Shown one piece after another: positions 8,783 to 17,512 of a stretch of 64,000 nt of DNA. A model generated the notes under the pieces. The model saw nothing but the letters and a program-made list of their open reading frames with translations, had not been told where the DNA came from and searched no databases. This DNA is from Occultella glacieicola (GTDB taxonomy: Bacteria; Actinomycetota; Actinomycetes; Actinomycetales; Beutenbergiaceae). A program made the position numbers and the translations under genes. The stretch is taken from the NCBI RefSeq assembly GCF_004353825.1, contig NZ_SMNA01000004.1:1-64000 (forward strand). Reading direction: 5' to 3'. Position 1 is the stretch's first letter. The number at the start of each line of letters is the position of its first letter.

Positions 8783-10198
8783 ATGAGCACCTTCGCCGGA
8801 CTGAACACCGCCTTCCTCGGCGTCACGGCCCAACGTCGTGCCCTCGACGTGGTGGCCCAGAACGTCGCGAACCTGAACACCGTCGGGTACACCCGCCAGC
8901 GGGTGGAACTCTCCGGCGTCGGCTCGCCGGCCACTCTCGGGCTGTTCGCCGGTGCTCCGGAGCCCGGGCGTGGTGTCCGGGTGGACGGAGTCACCCGGCT
9001 CGGGGACGCCTACGTCGACGCCCGGGTCCGCGGCACCGCCTCCTCGCACGGCTTCGGGGCCGTCCGGGCCACGGCGCTCGCCGCGCTCGAGGAGTCCCTG
9101 CGCGAGCCGGGTGAGAACGGCCTGGCCGCGAAGCTCGACCAGTTCTGGGCGTCCTGGTCGGACCTGGCGAACCGGCCCGGTGACCCGTCCGCTGCGATCG
9201 TCGTGCGGGAGGCCGCCGCGAGCGTGGCCGTCGCCGTGAACCAGGGCTACGCCGAGGTGGACGCGCAGTGGAGCCGCGCCCGGGAGCAGGCCGACGCCCT
9301 CGTCGGCGAGCTCAACGGCGCGGCCGCTGCGGTGGCGGAACTGAACGAACGGATCCGGTCCACGGCGGCCGCCGGCGGATCGGTGAACGAGCTCATCGAC
9401 CAGCGCTCGAATCTCACCACCACCATCGCGGCGATCGCCGGCGGTGAGGTGCGCCAGCGTGAGGACGGCACGGTCGATGTCCTGGTCGGCGGCAACCCGC
9501 TGGTCTCCGGGGCCACGCACAACCCGGTCGTGGTCGCCGGAGCCGGCCGGCTGGCCGATGCCGCCACCGACCCGGTACGGGTGGCCTGGGCCCACCGGCC
9601 CGGCACCTCGGCGGGGCTGGGCGGTGGCGAGCTCGCAGGCACCGTCTCGCTGCTCGCCCCGGCCAACGGCAACGGTACCGGCGGCGTGCTCGCCGAGGCC
9701 GCGGCCTCCTACAACGCCTTCGCCACCGACCTCGCCGCGAAGGTGAACGCCGTGCACGCGCCCGGTCTGACCACCGACGGCGTCCCGGCCGGGAACTTCT
9801 TCGGCCTCAGCGCGGGCGCGCCGGCCGCGGCGGGGCTGCGGGTGGTCGCCACCGCGCTGGCCACCGGGGCCCCGGGTGCCGGTGGCCAGGACGGTTCGGT
9901 GGCGGACACGCTCGCTCAGATCGGCTCCGGCTCGCAGGCTCCGGACGCGCTCTGGGCCACGTTCGTCACCGAGACGGGTGTCCGTGCGCGGGGTGAGGCC
10001 GAGAGCGCCGCCCTCGCGGCTCTAGCCGCCGGTTCGGCCCTTGACCTGCAACTGGGCACCGCCGGCGTCGACCTCGACGAGGAGACCATGAACATGATGA
10101 CCTTCCAACGTGCCTACGAGGGCTCGGCCCGCGTGATGACGGCGATCGACGAGATGCTCGACACCCTCATCAACCGGACCGGGATCGTCGGGAGGTGA
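8783..10198 (+). CDS. flgK: Hook-associated protein FlgK
   Basis: NVANLNTVGYTRQ; GVDLDEE...FQRAY. Confidence 0.97.
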   Translation: MSTFAGLNTAFLGVTAQRRALDVVAQNVANLNTVGYTRQRVELSGVGSPATLGLFAGAPEPGRGVRVDGVTRLGDAYVDARVRGTASSHGFGAVRATALAALEESLREPGENGLAAKLDQFWASWSDLANRPGDPSAAIVVREAAASVAVAVNQGYAEVDAQWSRAREQADALVGELNGAAAAVAELNERIRSTAAAGGSVNELIDQRSNLTTTIAAIAGGEVRQREDGTVDVLVGGNPLVSGATHNPVVVAGAGRLADAATDPVRVAWAHRPGTSAGLGGGELAGTVSLLAPANGNGTGGVLAEAAASYNAFATDLAAKVNAVHAPGLTTDGVPAGNFFGLSAGAPAAAGLRVVATALATGAPGAGGQDGSVADTLAQIGSGSQAPDALWATFVTETGVRARGEAESAALAALAAGSALDLQLGTAGVDLDEETMNMMTFQRAYEGSARVMTAIDEMLDTLINRTGIVGR

Positions 10199-11085
10199 GC
10201 GCCATGATCACCCGAGTCACGCATCAGCTGACCGCCCGCACGGCGGCACAGAACCTGCAGGCCTCGCTGGCCCAACTGAACCGGCTCACCGAGCAGGCGA
10301 CCAGCGGCACCCGGATCTCACGCCCGTCCGACGACCCGAGCGGAACGGCCGAGTCCCTGCGTCTTCGCGGCGAGCACCGGGTCGCCCAGCAGCATGCCCG
10401 CAACGCCCAGGACGGCCTCGGCTGGGTGACCGTGGTCGACAACGCCATCCAGACCGGGATCGACCTGATCGGCCGGGCCAAGGACCTCACCCTCACCGGT
10501 GCCAACGGGGCGAGTTCCCCAGCGGCCCGCGAGGCGCTCGCCACCGAGATCGACTCGCTCCGGGAGGCCATGATGGACCAGGCGAACCGCACCCACGGCG
10601 GCCGGTCGGTGTTCGCCGGCACCTCGGACGCGCCGACCGCGTTCGACACCGACGGCACCCACAACGGCGTCCCCGGCGCCACGGTGCAGCGCCGGATCGG
10701 CCCGGACTCGACCGTCCGCGTCGATGGCGACGGCGTGGCGGTGTTCGGGTCCGGGACCGGCTCGGTGTTCTCGCTCCTCACGGACATCGCGGCCGACCTG
10801 CGCTCCGGGGTGGACGTGACCCCGCGGCTCGCCGAGCTCGACGGGCGTCAGCAGCAGATGCTCGGCGAGCTCACCGCCGTGGGCACCAGGTACAACCGGC
10901 TGGAGGTGGCCGAAGCGGCCAACGAGCAGCGCATGGGAGGGTTGGAGAACCGACTCTCCGCCGTCGAAGGGGTGGACATGGCCAGGACGATCATCGACCT
11001 CAAGTCGGCCGAGGTCGCCTACCAGGGTGCGCTCGGCGTCAGTGCTCGGGTGCTCCAGAACAGCCTGCTGGACTTCCTCCGATGA
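10195..11085 (+). CDS. flgL: Hook-associated protein FlgL
   Basis: SGTRISRPSDDP; SLLDFLR. The start could be ATG 10204. Confidence 0.95.
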   Translation: MSAMITRVTHQLTARTAAQNLQASLAQLNRLTEQATSGTRISRPSDDPSGTAESLRLRGEHRVAQQHARNAQDGLGWVTVVDNAIQTGIDLIGRAKDLTLTGANGASSPAAREALATEIDSLREAMMDQANRTHGGRSVFAGTSDAPTAFDTDGTHNGVPGATVQRRIGPDSTVRVDGDGVAVFGSGTGSVFSLLTDIAADLRSGVDVTPRLAELDGRQQQMLGELTAVGTRYNRLEVAEAANEQRMGGLENRLSAVEGVDMARTIIDLKSAEVAYQGALGVSARVLQNSLLDFLR

Positions 11086-11468
11086 GCGCCGTCACGTTCC
11101 TCTCGCCGCCCCCCGGACTAGCCCCGCACGTCGAGTTCGAGCTGACCCCGGTGCCGGCAGCGACCGGCCTGCTCACCCTGACCGCGCCCGGCGCGGACGG
11201 GCTCCGGCTGTTCCTCGTCGACGCGCAGGCGCACCTGTCCGGGTACACCCCGGTGCTCTCCGCCGAGCAGGGCACCCGGCTCGGCCTCTCGGACGCGGCC
11301 GAGGCGGAGGTCTTCGTGGTCGCCAACCCCGCCGGCGAGGTCACGACCGTCAACCTGATGGCGCCGGTCGTGGTGCACCGAGGCAGCGGGGCCGCGCTCC
11401 AGGTGATCCTGGAGAACCAGGACTGGCCGCTGCAGCACCCCCTCGGCGAGCCGGTGAGCCCACGATGA
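11082..11468 (+). CDS. fliW: Flagellar assembly factor FliW
   Basis: TTVNLMAPVVV...QVIL...WPLQHPL; follows flgL. Confidence 0.88.
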   Translation: MSAVTFLSPPPGLAPHVEFELTPVPAATGLLTLTAPGADGLRLFLVDAQAHLSGYTPVLSAEQGTRLGLSDAAEAEVFVVANPAGEVTTVNLMAPVVVHRGSGAALQVILENQDWPLQHPLGEPVSPR

Positions 11469-11872
11469 GCGAGCCGGACCGGGCGGACCCCGTCGCCGAC
11501 ACCGACGACGCGGGCGCGTCGGTGACCCCGGCCCTACCCGGCTACCTGAGCCTGCGCGAGATCGCCGCACTGGCCGCGATCGCCGTCGGGACCCTGCGGT
11601 CCTACCGCCGGGACTCCTCGACGGGCTTCCCACAGCCGGCCTGGCGGGCCGGCGCCACCCCTCTCTGGCGGGTCGACGAGGTGCGCGAATGGCTCGCGGC
11701 CCGGCCCTTCTCGCCGACGATGACACGCCTGCGGCCCGATGGCTCGATCGAGGTCGTGCGAGCCTCGGACTACGTCGCCCGCCGGGCCGCCGGGCGGGTC
11801 GGCAGGGCCCGCCGACACCTCCGGGAACCGTACGCGCACGGACTGGTCGCCGCGCTGGACACCGGCGACTGA
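11465..11872 (+). CDS. Xis/AlpA/MerR-like helix-turn-helix DNA-binding protein
   Basis: YLSLREIAALAAIAVGTLRSYRR...FPQPA...PLWRVDEVREWLAARP; ATGA overlap with the fliW stop. Confidence 0.75.
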   Translation: MSEPDRADPVADTDDAGASVTPALPGYLSLREIAALAAIAVGTLRSYRRDSSTGFPQPAWRAGATPLWRVDEVREWLAARPFSPTMTRLRPDGSIEVVRASDYVARRAAGRVGRARRHLREPYAHGLVAALDTGD

Positions 11873-11894
11873 GCGTCGTGGTGCCGCGCCGGGA

Positions 11895-12878
11895 TCAGTC
11901 GAGCAGGCGGGCCTGGGGTACGAGGTCGGACAGGTCCTGCAGTTCCACGTCGCTCGCCGGCCCGTTCACGAACGTCCGCACCGGCATCCTCGTCGAGGCG
12001 TAGGCGTCCTCGAACGCCTCCCGCAGCGCCCGCGGCGAGCGCGAGAGGCCCCACTCGACGGTCTCGTCGGTCGAGCGGAGGAAGTCGGCGAAGAGCGGGT
12101 CGGACGTCCACAGCTCGCGCATGGTTCCGGACGTGTCCAGCGCCAGGCGCACCACCGAGGAGATGGCCCGGCGCTGCCGCACCGTGTTGTTCGATGTCAG
12201 CGGGCCGAGGACGAACTGCGCGCGCCGGTGGGTCGTCGTGAGGTCGAAGGCCGGTCTCGCCCGGCCGGTCAGGTTCGGCGGTTCGAGGATCCGCTCGCCG
12301 GGGCGCAGCATACGTTGCAGACCGAGCGCGACGGCCGTCGCCGTGCTCACCGCGCTCAGCCGGTCCGCACGCCGGCGGGTGAGGCTGGCGTACTCGATCA
12401 GCTCGGCGGCCACATTCTGGTCGGACGCCGGCGTGTCCAGTGCCGAGCCGTCGACCTCACCGCTCGACGCCGTCAGGGTTGCGGTCGTCCGTCCGGACAG
12501 CGCGCTCTCCCAGTCGTCCACGAACCGGCTCAGGGACGGGGTCAACAACGCCGTCGCGAGATGGTGCCAGGCAGCTTCGGCGTCCCCGGTGACGTCCTCC
12601 GGTCGACGGGTGATCGGGACCCCGCGGCGCCGGGTCCGCCCGGTTGCCGAGGAGGAGACCTGGAACCCGAGCTGCTGAAAGATCCGCCGCGCGGTCTCGG
12701 TCGTGAAGTCGGCGCGGTACAGGCCGGTGCACAGCTCCAACGCCTGCTTGACCGGCCAGTGCAGGCCGGCCACCGCGACCCAGTGCAGCTGGATCCGCGC
12801 GGGCCGGCGCCCCGCGAGCGACTCGCGGACGCTCTCGGGCGTGAGGTGGTGTGAACGACCCTTGATCGTGAAGCGCAT
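11895..12878 (-). CDS. Hypothetical protein: SCO5918-like N-terminal DNA-binding domain plus a possibly degenerate PD-(D/E)XK-like C-terminal domain
   Basis: N-terminal HWVAVAGLHWPVKQ...DFTTETARRIFQQLGF; C-terminal AFDLTTTHRRAQF...TVRQ. Family recognition is from memory. Confidence 0.55.
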   Translation of the reverse strand: MRFTIKGRSHHLTPESVRESLAGRRPARIQLHWVAVAGLHWPVKQALELCTGLYRADFTTETARRIFQQLGFQVSSSATGRTRRRGVPITRRPEDVTGDAEAAWHHLATALLTPSLSRFVDDWESALSGRTTATLTASSGEVDGSALDTPASDQNVAAELIEYASLTRRRADRLSAVSTATAVALGLQRMLRPGERILEPPNLTGRARPAFDLTTTHRRAQFVLGPLTSNNTVRQRRAISSVVRLALDTSGTMRELWTSDPLFADFLRSTDETVEWGLSRSPRALREAFEDAYASTRMPVRTFVNGPASDVELQDLSDLVPQARLLD

Positions 12879-12882
12879 GGCG

Positions 12883-13803
12883 TCAGCCCAGCTGGGGCGC
12901 GACCTCCCGGGCGATCAGGTCGAGGTGGTCGAGATCCTGCAGATCCATCACCTGCAGGTAGACCCGCTCCACGCCCGACTCGCGCAGCCGGGCCAGACGG
13001 TCCACGGCCTCGGCCACGGTGCCGGCGATGCCGTGCTCGCGCAGTTCGGCGCCCTCGCGCCCGATCGCGGCCGCACGCTGCCCGAACTCGGCCTCGTCGG
13101 CACCCACGCAGAGCACGTGGGCGGCGGAGTACGTGAGGCTGTCGGGATCCCGGCCGGCCTCGGTGCAGGCCCGGCGCACCCGCTCGAGCTTGGACGCGAT
13201 CTCGTCGAACTCGGCGAAGCCGAGATTGAACTCGGTGGCGAACCGGGCCGCGAGCGCCGGGGTGCGCCGGGGCCCGTGGCCACCCACGATCACCGGGATC
13301 GAGGCCTGCACCGGTTTCGGCAGCGCCGGGCAGTCGGTCAGTCGATAGTGCTCGCCGGCGAAGGAGAACGTCTCGCCCAGCGGGGTCCCCCACAGTCCCG
13401 TGATCACCTGGAGCTGCTCGGTGAGGATCCCGAAGCGCTTGGTCGGGAACGGGATCCCGTAGGCCGTGTGCTCGGCCTCGAACCACCCGGAGCCGAGCCC
13501 GAGCTCGACCCGTCCGCCGGACATCTGATCCACCTGGGCCACCTGGATCGCAAGCACGCTGGGGTGGCGGAAGGTGGCGGAGGAGACCAGCGTGCCCAGC
13601 CGGATCCGGGAGGTCTCCCGGGCCAGGCCGGCGAGCGTGGTCCACGCGTCCGTGGGCCCCGGCAAGCCGTCGCCGCCCATGGTCAGGTAGTGGTCGGACC
13701 GGAAGAACGCGTCGAAGCCGAGATCCTCGGTGGCCCGGGCGACGGCGAGCAGGTCGTCGTAGGTGGCGCCCTGCTGGGGCTCGGTGAAGATGCGCAGTTG
13801 CAT
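12883..13803 (-). CDS. LLM-class F420-dependent oxidoreductase
   Basis: LRIFTEPQQGATY, FFRSDH, GPTDAW, SGGRVELGLG. Confidence 0.95.
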   Translation of the reverse strand: MQLRIFTEPQQGATYDDLLAVARATEDLGFDAFFRSDHYLTMGGDGLPGPTDAWTTLAGLARETSRIRLGTLVSSATFRHPSVLAIQVAQVDQMSGGRVELGLGSGWFEAEHTAYGIPFPTKRFGILTEQLQVITGLWGTPLGETFSFAGEHYRLTDCPALPKPVQASIPVIVGGHGPRRTPALAARFATEFNLGFAEFDEIASKLERVRRACTEAGRDPDSLTYSAAHVLCVGADEAEFGQRAAAIGREGAELREHGIAGTVAEAVDRLARLRESGVERVYLQVMDLQDLDHLDLIAREVAPQLG

Positions 13804-13845
13804 GGGTCCACCCTGCCACGGCCGGTCGTCGATGGCCGCGCCGAG

Positions 13846-13900
13846 CCCGGCCCGGCCCTGCCCTGCCCGGCCCTGCCCTACCCTGCCCTGCCCTGCCCTG
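13846..13900. repeat. Pentanucleotide tandem repeat (CCCTG/CCCGG), 11 units
   Basis: cccgg cccgg ccctg ccctg cccgg ccctg cccta ccctg ccctg ccctg ccctg. Confidence 0.9.
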
Positions 13901-13938
13901 CGCGGCCCCTGCGTGACACTGCCCCGCCCCAGGCGGCT

Positions 13939-14006
13939 GACCTAGTACCTGAGGTGGTGAGATCGCCCCTCGATGGGTCCGAACTCGACCTCTCGGGTCC
14001 TAGGTC
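13939..14006. repeat. Imperfect palindromic REP-like element
   Basis: GACCTAGTACCTGAG...CTCGGGTCCTAGGTC inverted ends. Confidence 0.5.
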
Positions 14007-14029
14007 GGCGAGGGTGGCGCGCCCACCGG

Positions 14030-14243
14030 GCACGAAGAAGCCCCGCGGTTCCCGACGTGGTGTCGGGGTGCCGCACTGGACGAAGGTGCGGCCCCGCGGG
14101 GCTCCGGTGGCTGCCGTGGTCTCGCTAGCGCTCGCGCGCCGTGGAGACGGCATGCCGTCCGATCACTTTGACGAGCGGCTAGCGGACAGCCACCTCACGA
14201 GTCCCAAGATTCTTCACGTCTCGGACCACCTCCTTTCGCGTGT
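14030..14243 (-). ncRNA. Candidate structured small RNA or small-peptide mRNA (about 215 nt)
   Basis: Own promoter, multiple helices, 3' multibranch GC stem followed by a U-rich tail; see findings. Confidence 0.6.
14179..14217 (-). CDS. Putative 12-aa small peptide MKNLGTREVAVR
   Basis: AAGGAGGT SD 10 nt upstream of GTG; TAG stop. Confidence 0.45.
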   Translation of the reverse strand: MKNLGTREVAVR

Positions 14244-14249
14244 GCCGCC

Positions 14250-14278
14250 AATCTACGTCCGTCGTCGCCGCACGCCAA
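14250..14278 (-). promoter_or_regulatory. SigA-like promoter TTGGCG-N17-TAGATT
   Basis: Near-consensus -35/-10 with a 17-bp spacer directly upstream of the candidate sRNA. Confidence 0.6.
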
Positions 14279-14324
14279 GGTATTTCCGACACGGATCTCG
14301 GACCAGCGCTCCTACACTCGAGCG

Positions 14325-15059
14325 ATGCCGCAGATCCGGATGGTCGCGTTCGACGCCGACGACACGCTCTGGCGCAGCGAGGACTACTTCGAGGCGGCCC
14401 AGGCGGAGTTCGAGCGCATCGTCGCCCCGTACGTCACCCGCCCCGGTGCGCTCGACCGCCTCGCCGCCGTCGAGAGGGCGAACCTGAGCGTCTTCGGCTA
14501 CGGCGTCAAGGGCATGGCCCTGTCGATGATCGAGGCGGCCATCGAGGTCACCGGTCAGCGCATCAGCGCCGCCGACCTGCACCGCATCGTGGTGCTGAGC
14601 AAGGACATGCTGCGTCATCCGGTCGAGCTCCTGCCCGGGATCCGGGCCGCCGTCGAGGAGATCGCCGCGGAGCACCCGATCGTCATGATCACGAAGGGCG
14701 ACCTGTTCCACCAGGAGGCCAAGGTGCGCGACTCCGGCCTCGGTGACCTGTTCCGCCGCATCGAGATCGTGAGCGAGAAGGACGCCGCCACCTACGCGCG
14801 ACTGCTGGCCGAGTTCGAGGCGGACCCGACCGAGTTCGTGATGATCGGGAACTCGCTGCGCTCGGACATCGCGCCGGTCCTCGCGCTCGGCGGCTGGGGC
14901 GTCCACGTCCCGTACCACCTCACCTGGGCGCTGGAGCTCGAGGCGGAGATCCCGCCCGAGCACGTCCGCCGGCTGCACACGGTCGCCTCCGCCGCGGAAC
15001 TGCCGACGGCGGTGCGCGCCATCGTCGACGGGGTCCCGCCGGAGTCCCTGGGCGCCTGA
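14325..15059 (+). CDS. HAD-family hydrolase
   Basis: FDADDTLW motif I; TKGDLFHQ; GNSLRSDI. Confidence 0.93.
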   Translation: MPQIRMVAFDADDTLWRSEDYFEAAQAEFERIVAPYVTRPGALDRLAAVERANLSVFGYGVKGMALSMIEAAIEVTGQRISAADLHRIVVLSKDMLRHPVELLPGIRAAVEEIAAEHPIVMITKGDLFHQEAKVRDSGLGDLFRRIEIVSEKDAATYARLLAEFEADPTEFVMIGNSLRSDIAPVLALGGWGVHVPYHLTWALELEAEIPPEHVRRLHTVASAAELPTAVRAIVDGVPPESLGA

Positions 15060-15304
15060 GGGCCCCACGTTGCGGTGCGGTTCCGACGCATCCACCTGCC
15101 TCGGTTCCACCGCTCGCGCTGCACCGAGCCGGGCGGGAGCACCGTCCCGCAAGCGGTCCTGCACGTCCACGGTCAGGTCCGGGTCTGCATCACAAAACGT
15201 GGGCAATCGCGGAATGCACGCGGTTGCGGTACGGTTGCATTCCGTTGCGCCGGGGCTTGCCCCCGGACGCCGATCACACCCAGTGGAAGCGCAGGAGGAG
15301 TCAA

Positions 15305-16084
15305 GTGTCGGAGCCGATCCAGCAGTTCGTCGCCGGAGAACTGCCCGTCGAGGTGTACGCCTCCGAGCGGGAGATGGGGGCGGCCGCCGCCGCCCGTGCC
15401 GCCGCGGTGATCCGTGACGCCGTCGCCGCGAACGGGCACGCGCGGGTGGTCATCGCGACGGGCAACTCCCAGTTCGCATTCGTCGAGGCGCTCAAGGACC
15501 AGGACGTCCCGTGGGGCGACGTGACCGCGTTCCACATGGACGAGTACGTCGGCATCGACGAGGACCACACCGCGAGCTTCCGCCGTTGGATCGGCGAACG
15601 CATCGAGCAGCCGTTCGCCCCGGCCAAGGTCGAGTACATCATCGGGGACGCTCCCGACGCCCAGCAGGAGGCGGACCGCTACGAGGCGCTCCTGCGCGAG
15701 AAGCCGCTTGACCTGGTCTGCATGGGCATCGGCGAGAACGGCCACCTGGCCTTCAACGAGCCCTACGACGCGGACTTCGAGGACGAACGCTGGGCCCGGG
15801 TCATCACGTTGACCCCCGAGTCGGTGCAGCAGCAGATCGGTGAGGGTCACTTCCCGGACGAGGCCTCCACCCCGAAGACCGCCATCTCGCTGACCATTCC
15901 GGCGCTGCTGTCCGCATCGCACGTTCAGGTCTGCGCGCCCGAGGCCCGCAAGGCCGAGGCCGTGGCCCGGGCGCTGTCGGATGAGGTCAGCACGGCCTGC
16001 CCGGCCACGAAGCTGCGCGAGTCCCCGAACGCCCGGCTCTTCCTCGAGCCGGCGTCCGCGTCCTTGATCGCCGCACGGGCCTGA
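15305..16084 (+). CDS. nagB: Glucosamine-6-phosphate deaminase-like protein
   Basis: ATGNSQ, FHMDEYVG, GIGENGHLAFNEP; SD GAGGAG before GTG 15305. Confidence 0.85.
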   Translation: MSEPIQQFVAGELPVEVYASEREMGAAAAARAAAVIRDAVAANGHARVVIATGNSQFAFVEALKDQDVPWGDVTAFHMDEYVGIDEDHTASFRRWIGERIEQPFAPAKVEYIIGDAPDAQQEADRYEALLREKPLDLVCMGIGENGHLAFNEPYDADFEDERWARVITLTPESVQQQIGEGHFPDEASTPKTAISLTIPALLSASHVQVCAPEARKAEAVARALSDEVSTACPATKLRESPNARLFLEPASASLIAARA

Positions 16085-16196
16085 GGCTCGGCGGCCAGAA
16101 CGCCGACCCGGCCGGCGGGGGTGGGCCGGGTCGGTCCTCCACGGAGGGTCCACGGGGCCACCGGCCCGGTAGGTTCGGGATCGTGAAGGGGCCGAG

Positions 16197-17489
16197 ATGA
16201 CCGAACGGGTACTGCTCACGTCCGGCCGGGTGGTCGCCGACGGCGAACTGCTCGACGGCGCCTGCGTCCTTCTCGAGGGAACGCGGGTCGCGGACGTGCT
16301 CACCGCCGCGCCGTCGACTGCTCTGCTGCGGTCCGCGCGGGTGCTGGACGTCGACGGGCGGATCGTCGCACCAGGTCTCATCGACCTGCACATCCACGGG
16401 GCCGCCGGCCGCTCGTTCGAAGAGGCAGCCCTGGGTGGAGATACCCCTGCTGTCGAACGCCGGGGGAGTGCCGACGGATCCGGGCGGACCCAGGGGCCCG
16501 CAGCCACCGACACGTCCGTGCCCGCAGGGGTGCCCGCGCCCATCGACGACGCGGTGCCCGCGATCCTGCGCCACCTGGCATCGGTCGGCGTGACCGCCAC
16601 CCAGGCCTCGCTCGCCTCCGACCGCGTCGGCGTCATGGCCGGCAAGGTGCGGGCCCTGCACGCCTGGCGTGACCGCGGCGTCCCCGGTGGCGCCGATCTG
16701 CTCGGTGTCCACCTCGAGGGCCCGTTCCTCGCGCAGGCCCAGGCCGGTGCCCACGAGCCGAGCAAGCTGTGCGCGCCGGCGGCGGCGGACGTGGCGTCCT
16801 TGGTGGCCCTCGCCCCCGCGATGGTGACGCTCGCACCGGAGCTGCCGGGCGCCGTCGAGGCCATCCGGGCGTTCACCGCCGCCGGCACCGTCGTGGCCGC
16901 CGGACACAGCGAGGCCACGGTCCCGACCCTGGCCGAGGCGGTCGAAGCGGGCCTGAGTCACCTCACCCACCTGTGGAGCGGGCAGTCCAGCACCACGCGC
17001 AGCGGCCCCTGGCGGGTGCCCGGCCTGCTCGAGGCCTCCCTGGCGTCGGACACCCTCACCGCGGAGGTGATCGCCGACGGCAAGCACCTGCCGCCCGCGC
17101 TCCTCGAGATCGCCCGCCGGTGCCTGGGCGAGCGGCTGGTCGTGGTGTCCGACGCGACCCAGGGCGCCGGCATGCCGGAGGGGTACACCTACGGCCTCGC
17201 GGACGTCCGCTGCGAGGTGCGCGATGGTGTCGGCATGGTCATCGGCGCCGACGCCTTCGGCGGGAGCACCACCACCCTCGCCGCGATGCTGGCCCACCTG
17301 CACGTGGATCTCGGCTGGCCGCTGCTCGAGGTGCTCGCGATGGGCTCGTCCCGTCCGGCCCGGGTGGCCGGTGTGGCCGACCGCAAGGGATCCCTGACGC
17401 CAGGACATGACGCGGACGTGGTGGTGTTCTCGGACGGCCTGTCGCCTTGGCGCACGTTCGTCCGGGGCCGCGAGGTCCCGGCACCCTGA
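16197..17489 (+). CDS. nagA: N-acetylglucosamine-6-phosphate deacetylase-like amidohydrolase
   Basis: PGLIDLHIHG, GVHLEGPF, TLAPE, GHS, THLW, IADGKH. Confidence 0.88.
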   Translation: MTERVLLTSGRVVADGELLDGACVLLEGTRVADVLTAAPSTALLRSARVLDVDGRIVAPGLIDLHIHGAAGRSFEEAALGGDTPAVERRGSADGSGRTQGPAATDTSVPAGVPAPIDDAVPAILRHLASVGVTATQASLASDRVGVMAGKVRALHAWRDRGVPGGADLLGVHLEGPFLAQAQAGAHEPSKLCAPAAADVASLVALAPAMVTLAPELPGAVEAIRAFTAAGTVVAAGHSEATVPTLAEAVEAGLSHLTHLWSGQSSTTRSGPWRVPGLLEASLASDTLTAEVIADGKHLPPALLEIARRCLGERLVVVSDATQGAGMPEGYTYGLADVRCEVRDGVGMVIGADAFGGSTTTLAAMLAHLHVDLGWPLLEVLAMGSSRPARVAGVADRKGSLTPGHDADVVVFSDGLSPWRTFVRGREVPAP

Positions 17490-17512
17490 GGCGCACGCCC
17501 CGGAGGCGTTGC

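Noticed and set aside
11465..12878. Prophage or ICE remnant suggested by the excisionase-like HTH
   Set aside because: No integrase, att repeats, tRNA target or phage genes seen.
14030..14243. Possible identity with Ms1, 6C, SRP, tmRNA or a tRNA
   Set aside because: I see none of their hallmark sequences or a cloverleaf with CCA. Left unassigned pending cmscan.
12703..14487. 594-aa plus-strand ORF spanning the oxidoreductase, the repeat and the sRNA region
   Set aside because: Antisense to the LLM gene and translates the microsatellite (PALPC repeats); not protein-like.
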